This document shows, piece by piece, positions 15,709-24,387 of a DNA stretch of 24,387 nucleotides. A program made the translations under genes and the position numbers. Under the pieces are notes generated by a model. It saw only the letters and a program-made list of their open reading frames with translations. It had not been told where the DNA came from and made no database searches. Source of the DNA: a virus (lineage: Duplodnaviria; Caudoviricetes); the IMG/VR virus record IMGVR_UViG_3300031784_002009, positions 1 through 24,387 of that record; one strand, given 5' to 3'. Within the stretch, counting starts at the first letter, position 1. The number at the start of each line of letters is the position of its first letter.

Positions 15709-16244
15709 CGTTTTTCTTCTTGATCCTCAAAAAATTTGAGATTAGGTTCATTCGCATGTTCTTCACAGGATGTATATTTCCATCCCTGTCCTCTTGTAGT
15801 GCCCGGATGACCACACTTCTCACAGGTTATCTTACTCATAGCCTTGGCCAACAAGACCATACCGTGTACTGTTTGATCTCCACCACTGTAATCAATAGTA
15901 AGATGTCCAGCATGTTCGTCAATTTTATTAATTGTAATTTTTGAGCAGATAGGATTAATTACTCTGGCGCCATTAACTATAATTTTGTTTTTAAATTTTT
16001 CTTTAGACACAGCGTCCCAATTATAATAATACTGATCGAATGCTGTCCAATCCCCGTGCTGGCATTTTTCTACCATTTGATTGTAGTTTATATTACTTTT
16101 GTAATTTCTTTCTGTAGCATGGATGTGAGCAGTTATTTGATCAAACAATTGATCTAAAATTTTAATCCAACCTTGTCCGCAAAAAATCACAGTAGATTCT
16201 GTAAAAAAATAAGGATACTTTGATTTTATATCTTCAATATTCAT
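15693..16244 (-). CDS. hypothetical phage protein with C-terminal Zn-binding motif
   Basis: CEKCGHPG...GW...CEEH. Confidence 0.7.
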   Translation of the reverse strand: MNIEDIKSKYPYFFTESTVIFCGQGWIKILDQLFDQITAHIHATERNYKSNINYNQMVEKCQHGDWTAFDQYYYNWDAVSKEKFKNKIIVNGARVINPICSKITINKIDEHAGHLTIDYSGGDQTVHGMVLLAKAMSKITCEKCGHPGTTRGQGWKYTSCEEHANEPNLKFFEDQEEKRCATQ

Positions 16245-16267
16245 AATTCAAAATTATAGGTGCGCTG

Positions 16268-16284
16268 TATTTAGCTGGTAAATA
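16268..16284. promoter_or_regulatory. back-to-back TAAATA boxes at a divergence point
   Basis: TATTTA-GCTGG-TAAATA between divergent starts at 16244(-) and 16291(+). Confidence 0.65.
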
Positions 16285-16290
16285 TCCTGT

Positions 16291-17178
16291 ATGTTTAAAA
16301 TACTAGTTACAGGATCATCGGGATTTATCGGTCAACATCTATATCACTATCTTCAAAGTTGTGGATATACAGTTATTGCTGCCGATATTAAAGACGGTAT
16401 AGATCTCACCCAAGAACAGGTTGTAAAGAATCTTCCAGACGTTGACGTAGTTATTCATTTGGCTGCTTATAACGGGACGAAACATTTTTACGATAAACCA
16501 TTTGATGTTATAAGAAATAGCATATTACCTACACAGTATCTGTTAGAAAGGTACAGTGGCAAAGTTAAAAGATTTATTTTTGCAGGCACTTGCGAAAGTT
16601 ACGCAGGGGCAGTTGATCTATTTGATTGGCCTGTGCCCACAGACGAAACTGTTCCTTTAGTGGTCAGCGATGTTAAGAATCCTCGATGGAGCTACGGAGG
16701 CAGTAAGATTGTTAATGAGCTACAGGTAATTGCTGCACACGAACAGTTAGGTCAAGAATACACTATAATTAGATATCATAATGTGTTTGGTCCAAATCAA
16801 GTTGACCACTTTATTCCAGAATTCATTGACCGTGCTAAAAACGGAGACTATGTGTTAAGAGGGTATTTGAATACTAGAAGCTTTATGTATATAGAAGATG
16901 CTCTCGAAGCTACTAGATTAATAATCGAAAGTGATAAGATAAAAAATCAAATTATTAATGTTGGCAACGATAAAGAAATTAAAATTTTAGATGTTGCTAA
17001 TATAATATTAGATCTCATGAATATTAAATCTCCCCTAGTGTTATATCCAGAACCATTAGGATCAGTAAAAAGAAGATGTCCTGATATTAAGAAACTACGA
17101 TCTTTAGGTTTTAGAAGTAAAATTACACTACTACAAGGGTTAATGAAAGTAATGGAGTCGCAATGCAAATTGGAATAA
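16291..17178 (+). CDS. NAD-dependent NDP-sugar epimerase/dehydratase (extended SDR)
   Basis: TGSSGFIG, HLAA, YGGSK, RYHNVFGP, RSFMYIED. Confidence 0.92.
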   Translation: MFKILVTGSSGFIGQHLYHYLQSCGYTVIAADIKDGIDLTQEQVVKNLPDVDVVIHLAAYNGTKHFYDKPFDVIRNSILPTQYLLERYSGKVKRFIFAGTCESYAGAVDLFDWPVPTDETVPLVVSDVKNPRWSYGGSKIVNELQVIAAHEQLGQEYTIIRYHNVFGPNQVDHFIPEFIDRAKNGDYVLRGYLNTRSFMYIEDALEATRLIIESDKIKNQIINVGNDKEIKILDVANIILDLMNIKSPLVLYPEPLGSVKRRCPDIKKLRSLGFRSKITLLQGLMKVMESQCKLE

Positions 17179-17954
17179 TTGGGTTAGGAGTAGTAGGCTC
17201 AGCTTGTAAAACAGGCTTTGAAATTTTAGGACACTCTGTAAAGTTTCATGATCCTAAATATAAAACAAACATATCAGATTTAAAAGACACGGAAATATCC
17301 TATGTCTGTGTACCAACTCCTAACAGAGAAGATGGAAGCTGCGATATTTCAATAGTAGAAAAATCAATTAAAGAATTAGAAAATATTGACTATCAGGGCA
17401 TAGTTGCTATGCGAAGCACTAATGAACCTGGAACTATTGATTACCTACAAAGTAAAACACATTTAAGATTGTGTGTAGTTCCGGAGTTTTTAAGAGAAAG
17501 GTATGCTACTGAAGACTTTATCAAAAATCATAACTTGTTAGTTGTAGGTTGTTATGATACAGAAGTTTTTAATCTAGTAGTTAAGAGTCATGGCGTGTTT
17601 CCTAAACATATTAAAATGATGACTCCAACCGAAGCAGAAATATTAAAGTATTATTCAAATGTATATAACGCCCTACGAATTGTGTTTGCTAATCTTATGT
17701 ACGAAGTTTGTGAATCTACTAGTGCCGACTACGGTAAAATAAAAGATGCCTTTATGTTGCGGGGAACAAGTTCAGGAGCATATTTAGACTGTAATTCTAG
17801 TCTACGAGGATTTGGAGGTATGTGTTTACCCAAAGACACTAAAGCTCTTAATGCGTTTCTTAAGAAAAATAATATTGATTTTAATCTATTAGATGCTGTG
17901 CTAAACGATAATGCCAAAGTTAAATCAACAGTATTTCCAGGAATGAGAGAATGA
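17163..17954 (+). CDS. UDP-glucose/GDP-mannose 6-dehydrogenase family protein (short form, 263 aa)
   Basis: GLGVVG, CVPTP, RST, PEFLRE, AEILKYYSN, GFGGMCLPKD. Confidence 0.9.
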   Translation: MQIGIIGLGVVGSACKTGFEILGHSVKFHDPKYKTNISDLKDTEISYVCVPTPNREDGSCDISIVEKSIKELENIDYQGIVAMRSTNEPGTIDYLQSKTHLRLCVVPEFLRERYATEDFIKNHNLLVVGCYDTEVFNLVVKSHGVFPKHIKMMTPTEAEILKYYSNVYNALRIVFANLMYEVCESTSADYGKIKDAFMLRGTSSGAYLDCNSSLRGFGGMCLPKDTKALNAFLKKNNIDFNLLDAVLNDNAKVKSTVFPGMRE

Positions 17955-18718
17955 TATCACAAGAGTGCCTTGACTTTTATAATAAAAATAAAGATGCCAC
18001 TTGGCAGATGCCTGCTCCGATCGAAGGAGATAACATTACAGTAGCTAGATGGATACTTAACAAAGTAGATTTTGGTTGGATAGAATTAGATCTACAGTTT
18101 GATTTAAGTAGATGGAAAGAAGAAGCAAACAAATGTAGACCTTGGTTAGTGGCACATAGAGAATATAATAACTCAGGTTGGAACAGTTGTTGTATACACG
18201 GGATAGATATTAATAAGACTGGTGCATGGAGTAACTACGGTTATACTAACGAATCAGATGTTCCTTATAAATGGACAGCGTTATCAGGCTATACACCTTC
18301 AATTGAAAATTTTTGGAGGAATACTTTCCCTAGTGAACAGTATAGACGTATAAGATTTATGGAACTAACGGCAAACTCTGCTATTACTCCGCACAGCGAT
18401 ATGCCAGGACGTTTACCTGGAGAAGATAACTTTAATGCGTTAGAGTTTGGTATACCTATTAACATAGCAGTTGTACATCCGCAGGACTGTTACATGGTGT
18501 TAGATGGCAAGGGCATAGTTCCATTTAAAGAAGGACGAGCATTTATTGTTAACATAAGGCATACCCATTCTGTAATTAATTTTTCTAATACGCCCAGAAC
18601 TCACGTGATTGGACATAGTTACGGGTATGGCAATAAATTAGAAGAATTTGCAGAATTAGTTGTTAGAAGTTATAATAAACAATATGATAAAATTTCCAGC
18701 AATAGAGACAGCCTCTAA
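17951..18718 (+). CDS. Asp/Asn beta-hydroxylase-like 2OG-Fe(II) oxygenase
   Basis: RIRFMEL..ITPHSD, INIAV, HSVINFSNTPRTH. Confidence 0.75.
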   Translation: MISQECLDFYNKNKDATWQMPAPIEGDNITVARWILNKVDFGWIELDLQFDLSRWKEEANKCRPWLVAHREYNNSGWNSCCIHGIDINKTGAWSNYGYTNESDVPYKWTALSGYTPSIENFWRNTFPSEQYRRIRFMELTANSAITPHSDMPGRLPGEDNFNALEFGIPINIAVVHPQDCYMVLDGKGIVPFKEGRAFIVNIRHTHSVINFSNTPRTHVIGHSYGYGNKLEEFAELVVRSYNKQYDKISSNRDSL

Positions 18719-19907
18719 TATAGCGTTTTGTTTTGTAGATAATCTGCACAACGTAAAAGAAGATTGGGTCAAAGAAATAATTAAAAATGTTTCTGACTTT
18801 ACCATCTCTAATGTAAACAACAAAGGATTTGATTTATATCAAGGCTTTGATGAAGACTCACTGCTCAACGAAGTTGCCAAGTTAAACTATGATCACGCTG
18901 TGGTATTTACTACTGGCACAGAGTTTATTAACGGCAGCAGTTTTTTTGATCAAGTACGTAGTTTAGTAGAACAAGATTATTTTGTAGCAGGACACATACT
19001 AGACAGGGGTGATGCATATTACGAACTACATCATCAGTGTTATGTTATTAATTTGAAATATTATAAAAAATTAGAAATGCCAATAATAGGAAAACAACAA
19101 TTGGGATCTAAACACTCTCAAGAAATTCCTTGGCGTAGTCGTGAAAACTGGCACGATGATTATACTCCAAAAACAATTAGTGGTGGAGATCAAATTAGAG
19201 AATATAATCACAAGTGTCACGGATGGAATATACTAAAACAGGCATTTGATCAAGACTTTCCTGTATTAGTTTTTGATGAAAACATACGCAACAATAAAAA
19301 ACATTATTACCCTGAATCAAGTGAAGATTTTTATAAAAATTTATCTTGGTTATATTATAGACAAAACTTTTGCCTTACAGAATTTGTACATACAGCGAAC
19401 ACTGAAAAGGTAAACTTTCCGCCTAGACAACGATATGATCAAATTATAACTCCTGCCAGTGGACTTTGGTTTATGCCTTTTTTAAAAAATAAAACAGGCA
19501 AGGTAATAATGTATGATTACAATCAAAAATCTTTAGACTACTGGAAAGAAAATATGCCCAAGGATATTTCCTGCGAGTTTGTGTTGTGCGATCTTTACAG
19601 CGGTATAAACTTCTTTGAAAAAATAGACAAACAGGCACTTACTCTGTTTAACTTGTCTAACATTTTTAATTACGAAGGAACTGTAGCGTTTTATAATTTA
19701 AAATATAGAAACTATAAAGAAAATCAAATACTAGATCAAATAGAAAACAACTTACCTAACGCAGAAATTAATTTTACTTCTAGGGCTAGTACAGGATTTC
19801 ACTTCAATAATCATTATCAGTATTTTAGTAAAGTAAATTTAATCAAAAGAGTCGACCTCACAGAATTAAAAAAGCCAACTTGGCATATCAATTCAGATTG
19901 GATTTAA
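18684..19907 (+). CDS. hypothetical protein (about 407 aa; start probably 18684 rather than 18660)
   Basis: Long ORF in the operon. The N-terminal half is possibly GT-A-like and the C-terminal half Rossmann/methyltransferase-like (VIMYDYN, LFNLSNIF); neither is certain. Confidence 0.7.
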   Translation: MIKFPAIETASNIAFCFVDNLHNVKEDWVKEIIKNVSDFTISNVNNKGFDLYQGFDEDSLLNEVAKLNYDHAVVFTTGTEFINGSSFFDQVRSLVEQDYFVAGHILDRGDAYYELHHQCYVINLKYYKKLEMPIIGKQQLGSKHSQEIPWRSRENWHDDYTPKTISGGDQIREYNHKCHGWNILKQAFDQDFPVLVFDENIRNNKKHYYPESSEDFYKNLSWLYYRQNFCLTEFVHTANTEKVNFPPRQRYDQIITPASGLWFMPFLKNKTGKVIMYDYNQKSLDYWKENMPKDISCEFVLCDLYSGINFFEKIDKQALTLFNLSNIFNYEGTVAFYNLKYRNYKENQILDQIENNLPNAEINFTSRASTGFHFNNHYQYFSKVNLIKRVDLTELKKPTWHINSDWI

Positions 19908-20401
19908 TTTACGTATTCTGTTACTTGTAACACTATTCTAGGAATATGTCCTATGTTGGCTGCACCGTGTAAGTCAGTCGAGTCGATGTAAGTATAAACA
20001 TCGCCTGCCTTGTAGTTTGTGATAACCTGATCCCTATACATAAAGATATGCCCGGGATGATAGTCCTGTAATGGTATCCAATATCTGTTACAGGATCTTT
20101 CGTGTGTATAAGGATCAGTATGCATAGGCATGTACTGTCCGGGCAGTAATTTTGTTATCCACCAATGTACATCTCCTGTACACCACGGCGGTGATATAGA
20201 TATGTTTAGATCTTTTTCTTCGTATACCCACCAATTTATTGCTGATAGGTCATACCCTGCCTCTTTATATTTTTTATATTCAGCTGATTCAACAGCAGTA
20301 GCAGCTGGCCAATCTCTAGGTCTAGCTTGACCAACTCTAGTTAACACTAGATGTTCCCATAACGGGTCAACCCAACTATAAAAATTACCTTTATAAATCA
20401 T
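19904..20401 (-). CDS. 2OG-Fe(II) oxygenase-like protein
   Basis: PGQYMPMHTD, DYHPGH, YKAGD, LHGAANIG, RIVLQVT; paralogue of 8288-8791 and 13273-13872. Confidence 0.75.
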   Translation of the reverse strand: MIYKGNFYSWVDPLWEHLVLTRVGQARPRDWPAATAVESAEYKKYKEAGYDLSAINWWVYEEKDLNISISPPWCTGDVHWWITKLLPGQYMPMHTDPYTHERSCNRYWIPLQDYHPGHIFMYRDQVITNYKAGDVYTYIDSTDLHGAANIGHIPRIVLQVTEYVN

Positions 20402-21549
20402 TTGTTTAAAGAATTAATATGTTTAATAAAAAAAGTTTTACTATCAACTTTTGGATTTATTTTTTTATAGTTGTCAATGTAGTCGTTTAACAGTTGGTTA
20501 GGACAAATTTCATTACGCATATTATCTAAAGATTCGTGAAAGTTTATAAAGTGTGAAAATTCTTCAGAACCTGTTTGTTTAAGAGCATCTCTCAGATGCT
20601 CGTAACGATCTCCCCAATCCTCCATTAAATCTAATAAAGTTTTTTTATAATCACTGGGTAAGTTTATTATAGATGCATGGGTTGGATATTCTAATAATTT
20701 GATCATCCAGTGTGCTTTTGGGAACTGTTCTAAAATTAATTTCTCAATATTTTTTAATTCATTTATATTATAAACAGACGCAGTAGTAATAATTTGAAAT
20801 GTCACATTATCTCTTAAATCACTAAACGAATAAAAATATTTTGCTGTTTCCAGAACTGTTGAAAAATTTGATCCGCTTCTAAAATAATCATTTAAATCGC
20901 CTACACCATCTATGCTTACAGCCACAGAAAGACTTTTAGAATTAAGCATAAATTTTAAAACATTGTCGTTTGGCTTAACTGTACCATTTGTTATTAGTAC
21001 AAAATTTATATTTTTTTCTAGCTGACGACTTGTTAGTAATGTTAAAAAATCTTCAACTTTTTTGCTATAAAGAGGTTCGCCTCCGGATATTTCAAGAAAC
21101 TCTAAATTAGTAAATTGGTCTACATTTGACAACTCAAGTGAGCTATACTTTTTAGGACTGTATGTTGTTCCGTATAATTCTAATTCATCGTTGTACCACA
21201 GATGGCTAGCACCTGAATTACACCCTCGACATTTTAAATTACACAAATTATCGATGCATAAAAACAAATACTTTAACTTAACATCTGTAACATGGCCATA
21301 TTCTCTCAATAAGATTTTTCTTTTAGATTCAATTCCATATTTTTCTAGCTGGTAGCACTGACTACAATTTTTTATCTCTTCCCCTGCTAACATTTTTTTT
21401 CTAATATCTTTAAACTCATCAGAATTAAGAACATCAGGAACATTTGAAAACTGCTGTGTAGATGCAATAGGATAATACCAGCAACAGGGCGAAATTCCGT
21501 CAGCAGTAATTTCAGCACTCATCCACGGAGCAGGGCAATAAGAATTCAT
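20398..21549 (-). CDS. radical SAM protein with N-terminal SPASM/twitch-like Cys cluster
   Basis: CNLKCRGC, SGGEP, TNGT, SIDG; N-terminal YCPAPW..PCC..CSQC; paralogue of 13865-14812. Confidence 0.9.
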   Translation of the reverse strand: MNSYCPAPWMSAEITADGISPCCWYYPIASTQQFSNVPDVLNSDEFKDIRKKMLAGEEIKNCSQCYQLEKYGIESKRKILLREYGHVTDVKLKYLFLCIDNLCNLKCRGCNSGASHLWYNDELELYGTTYSPKKYSSLELSNVDQFTNLEFLEISGGEPLYSKKVEDFLTLLTSRQLEKNINFVLITNGTVKPNDNVLKFMLNSKSLSVAVSIDGVGDLNDYFRSGSNFSTVLETAKYFYSFSDLRDNVTFQIITTASVYNINELKNIEKLILEQFPKAHWMIKLLEYPTHASIINLPSDYKKTLLDLMEDWGDRYEHLRDALKQTGSEEFSHFINFHESLDNMRNEICPNQLLNDYIDNYKKINPKVDSKTFFIKHINSLNK

Positions 21550-22365
21550 TTAATATTCCTTGAGATGTTCAATACCAATAAGACTTCTAAACTCGGGAGT
21601 AAATTTGCAGTCTACACGTAGTCCGTATTCTTGTTCTAGGCTAGATTCTCCACCATGCCAGTCTTGATCATTCCACATGGCAGCATGACTATTGATGTAG
21701 TGTTTGTCCTGTGTGTCAGGATCCCATATATAGAAACCACGTTTAGTACGATATCTAATATGTATGAATTCATTGTTATGTGGCGTGTAGTAGTCATTTT
21801 CAAACACACCATTTTTAGCATCTAGGTCTCTATGTTCAAATGCTTTGCCGTTATGATCACATAGGAAAAATATCACACGACCAATGCGATCAATGATACC
21901 CTGTTCCTGTAGATTTTCTACCCAACGAACAACACCAGGAAAGAACTTGCTTTCTTCTGTCTTCTGACGAGCAGCATTGCGTTCATTCCAGTCGCCTTCA
22001 TTCCATAGGAAATAATAGATATAAGGATCGTTGGCACCTAGCACACTTTTTAAATAGCGTGTGAATAAATTACGTTGTTTGTAGTCTTTAAAATCTGTAG
22101 GATAAATTTCTCGACCTTGAACTTTGATAGGATGCTCATCAGGCAACTTTTGATACTCGTCAAATGCTTTGTATATAGGTTTCCAGTTCCACTGATAGCT
22201 GCCCCTGCTTTGATCAAATCCTGGAGCCATCCAAGTTCCTTCTTTGGCATAGTCTCTAGCCAAAGCAAATCCTTTACAGATTTCTGCGTGTAGATTTACA
22301 AACCCTTCTATGTCCAAAAATGGATCTAAATTAATATACGGCTTACCGCCAATTCCTTTAATCAT
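21550..22365 (-). CDS. 2OG-Fe(II)/cupin oxygenase-like protein (271 aa; start corrected from 22467)
   Basis: EHRD, distal WHGG, LRVD; ATG 22365 follows a TAAATA box and avoids overlap with the divergent gene. Confidence 0.65.
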   Translation of the reverse strand: MIKGIGGKPYINLDPFLDIEGFVNLHAEICKGFALARDYAKEGTWMAPGFDQSRGSYQWNWKPIYKAFDEYQKLPDEHPIKVQGREIYPTDFKDYKQRNLFTRYLKSVLGANDPYIYYFLWNEGDWNERNAARQKTEESKFFPGVVRWVENLQEQGIIDRIGRVIFFLCDHNGKAFEHRDLDAKNGVFENDYYTPHNNEFIHIRYRTKRGFYIWDPDTQDKHYINSHAAMWNDQDWHGGESSLEQEYGLRVDCKFTPEFRSLIGIEHLKEY

Positions 22366-22370
22366 GGCAA

Positions 22371-22387
22371 TATTTATCGCATAAGTA
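22371..22387. promoter_or_regulatory. back-to-back TAAATA/TAAGTA boxes at a divergence point
   Basis: TATTTA-TCGCA-TAAGTA between starts at 22365(-) and 22389/22392(+). Confidence 0.6.
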
Positions 22388-22388
22388 C

Positions 22389-23087
22389 ATGATGAAAACT
22401 GAGTTTGAATACTACTACAATGATGTTCCTGGAAAAGGTCTGTGTAGAAATAATTTAATCTACACAAGTCTTATCAGCAACAATAAGAAAGTCTTTTGTC
22501 AATGGTATCATAATGACACTGATTATCATCGAGGACAAAACCAAGTAGTTGATCCTGCGCTGATGGAGGAGAAATGGTTACGGGAAGTTAATTATATTAC
22601 ACAAATGCGTAACGTGTACCCTAATCTAGTTCCAAAAATTCTTAATATAGATTTAGAAAGACGTAAACTATATTTAGAAATTGACGGTGTAGATTTTTGG
22701 CAACTGGCAGGTCCGGACGTACAAGATTATGATAGTGTATTACCTGACTGGCGTGAACAGATGTTAGATATCTTTAAAGCACACAAGGCCTTGGGCATTT
22801 ACAAATATAGTCTGCATCCCAGCAGTTACTTTGTAGTTAACGGGCAACTTAAAAGTATAAACTATTTTTTCTGCTATCGTGATCATGATCCTGCTATTAG
22901 TTTGCGTAGCGTACTGAGTCATATCAGTGAAGATAGGCAAGCAGATTTATTTCCTAAAATGGCTGCTATGGGCATAAATGTAGACAAACCAACACCATTT
23001 AAAGATATACAGTTATTAGCATTTGAAAGTTTTAAAACAAACTTTCCGGCTGACTTTATGGACGAATGTAAAAAATTATATGTATAA
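22389..23087 (+). CDS. protein-kinase-like fold protein with degenerate catalytic motifs
   Basis: WLREV, VPKILNID, LYLEIDG, HKALGIYKYSLHPSSYFV, LKSINYF. Confidence 0.55.
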   Translation: MMKTEFEYYYNDVPGKGLCRNNLIYTSLISNNKKVFCQWYHNDTDYHRGQNQVVDPALMEEKWLREVNYITQMRNVYPNLVPKILNIDLERRKLYLEIDGVDFWQLAGPDVQDYDSVLPDWREQMLDIFKAHKALGIYKYSLHPSSYFVVNGQLKSINYFFCYRDHDPAISLRSVLSHISEDRQADLFPKMAAMGINVDKPTPFKDIQLLAFESFKTNFPADFMDECKKLYV

Positions 23088-23637
23088 AATTGTACCTTGG
23101 ACTGAAGATTTAGATTTAACTGATTTCTACGCAGAAGCAGAACAGCGCGGCTTCATTAACAATGTTAGCCAGAAAGTAATGATTGACTGCTTCCGTAACG
23201 AACGGTCTTGGGCCGCTTGGATATTGTATCAAGACGACAAGGCTGTAGGTAGTGTTGTTGCTCATAGTTTTCCTGAAATGGGAGAAGATGCATATCGTGT
23301 GTTAACACGTACATGTACATTTGGAACTGCTAGACAAAACGGTGGTCTAATAACTCCAAAGAGATTAATTGCCGAACATCAAAATTTAACTGATCAATTC
23401 TTGTTACCTGCATGTATCAATTGGACTCCGCCCTGGGCAAATTTATATGCTACCAGTAATGAAGGCGCAGCGGCCAGTCAACGCCTTGTACATAAACATT
23501 ATTTTCCTACTCTTGAAAAATTAGGTATTGTAGAACGTGTGAGAGAAATGAATTATCGTAACACAGACCAAACAGTATGGAAAATACGTGCTGATAAATT
23601 TCTTGAGAATTTAGAACGTTATCCTAGATGGGTCTAA
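23080..23637 (+). CDS. GNAT-like acyltransferase-fold protein (185 aa; start corrected from 23023)
   Basis: WILYQDDKAVGSVVAH beta-hairpin, YRVLTR, LEKLG; ATG 23080 overlaps the upstream stop by 8 nt. Confidence 0.5.
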   Translation: MYKIVPWTEDLDLTDFYAEAEQRGFINNVSQKVMIDCFRNERSWAAWILYQDDKAVGSVVAHSFPEMGEDAYRVLTRTCTFGTARQNGGLITPKRLIAEHQNLTDQFLLPACINWTPPWANLYATSNEGAAASQRLVHKHYFPTLEKLGIVERVREMNYRNTDQTVWKIRADKFLENLERYPRWV

Positions 23638-24198
23638 ATTAGGAAATGCTTTTTTAAGTTGATCATAAACAAAGGGAGTAAGTTTCCATCTAAACTCCAT
23701 TTGCCTTACTTTTGGGTTGGTCATCCAAAAGTCAATAGCACTGATTATTTCTTCAAACTTTAAATTATAGTCGCTGACAAAGTGTGTGGGGTTATTATTG
23801 TCGGGCATACCCTCGATAAAACTTAAATCCAAATGTAGTAGATCTATACCGTTAGGATCTATGCTAATAAGTCTACACGCTTCTGCTAACTCTTGTTTAT
23901 CGTGTACATAGTCTGTATGTATCAATTCAGGATAAAGCCTACTTACACTACCCATTACAATCATCTTTTTAACTTTGTTTTTTAATGCGTGGACTAGGCG
24001 AGTTTGTTGTTTGTCGCGGTAAGCATTGTTAATAAACAAGTCAGCACCTGTTGCGGCTTCCACCACCTTATCAAAGTCTGCGTCTATGTCGTAGCCGTTA
24101 CTACGGCTGAGTCCAACTACTTCCCATTCAGCAGATTTGAAGCTATTGTATAGTGCCTGACCTATACCTTGTGTATGTCCTGTGATTACAACTTTCAT
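23611..24198 (-). CDS. short-chain dehydrogenase/reductase
   Basis: ITGHTQGIG, FINNA, MGS, YVHDK (YxxxK). Confidence 0.85.
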   Translation of the reverse strand: MKVVITGHTQGIGQALYNSFKSAEWEVVGLSRSNGYDIDADFDKVVEAATGADLFINNAYRDKQQTRLVHALKNKVKKMIVMGSVSRLYPELIHTDYVHDKQELAEACRLISIDPNGIDLLHLDLSFIEGMPDNNNPTHFVSDYNLKFEEIISAIDFWMTNPKVRQMEFRWKLTPFVYDQLKKAFPNLDPSRITF

Positions 24199-24386
24199 GA
24201 TCTACAAAAAATTAAATTTTCTAAACTTGAATACAGTAATTTAAAACCTTGTTTAGTTGCATAGTCTATAAACTTTATTTTATCTTCTTCTTGGTCATAG
24301 GTGCTGTAAGCTACAATAAACATTTTACATTCAATGTCTTTTAAATTTATCTGTGTAAGGATTTCATAGTCGTAAGTACCGTTGGT
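24195..24386 (-). CDS. 3' part of a CDS entering from the window edge, FkbM-like methyltransferase C-terminus
   Basis: Open frame TNGTYDYEILTQINLKDIECKMFIVAY...QGFKLLYSSLENLIFCRS*, with ATGA overlap onto the SDR start. Confidence 0.5.
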   Translation of the reverse strand, partial: TNGTYDYEILTQINLKDIECKMFIVAYSTYDQEEDKIKFIDYATKQGFKLLYSSLENLIFCRS

Positions 24387-24387
24387 A

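Noticed and set aside
9040-22293. Short embedded ORFs (9040, 15272, 15681, 16947, 17729, 20130, 21636, 22050, 22075)
   Set aside because: All lie within longer motif-supported CDSs on the opposite strand or in another frame.
3200-23079. ORF-track starts at 3200, 18660, 22467 and 23023
   Set aside because: They create long overlaps with neighbouring genes; ATGs at 3257, 18684, 22365 and 23080 fit RBS, coupling or promoter positions better.
1-24387. Stop-codon reassignment (alternative genetic code)
   Set aside because: Genes tile the window at full length under the standard bacterial code, and TAA, TAG and TGA all end genes at coupled junctions.

Overview
The window looks like a fragment of a large (T4-like/jumbo-type) dsDNA phage genome; this is inferred from dense overlapping genes, the 3' end of a tRNA, perfect sigma70 promoters, TAAATA late-promoter-like boxes and an Mtd_N-type fibre gene. 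It has three blocks. (1) 1-4466, early-type: a tRNA end, then a consensus promoter driving a ~520-nt non-coding leader and a Ro60/TROVE-like vWA protein (DUF2828-type). A second promoter then drives a PTP-like phosphatase, a metallophosphoesterase and a Pnk-like kinase, a possible RNA end-healing module. The leader is the most striking signal: three tandem RNA units, each closed by a covarying 8-bp terminal stem and carrying an invariant ACAGCAA, which are candidate Y-RNA analogues or Ro-binding elements. (2) 4552-5982, a tail fibre/adhesin. (3) 5972-24387, a >18-kb tailoring-enzyme island: eight 2OG-Fe(II)/cupin oxygenase-like genes (one with a halogenase-type HxG motif), three radical SAM enzymes, an amidinotransferase, a PLP enzyme, NDP-sugar enzymes, two glycosyltransferase-like proteins, GNAT, SDR, a degenerate kinase and a partial methyltransferase. 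All family calls come from motifs read by eye; no database search or folding program was run.
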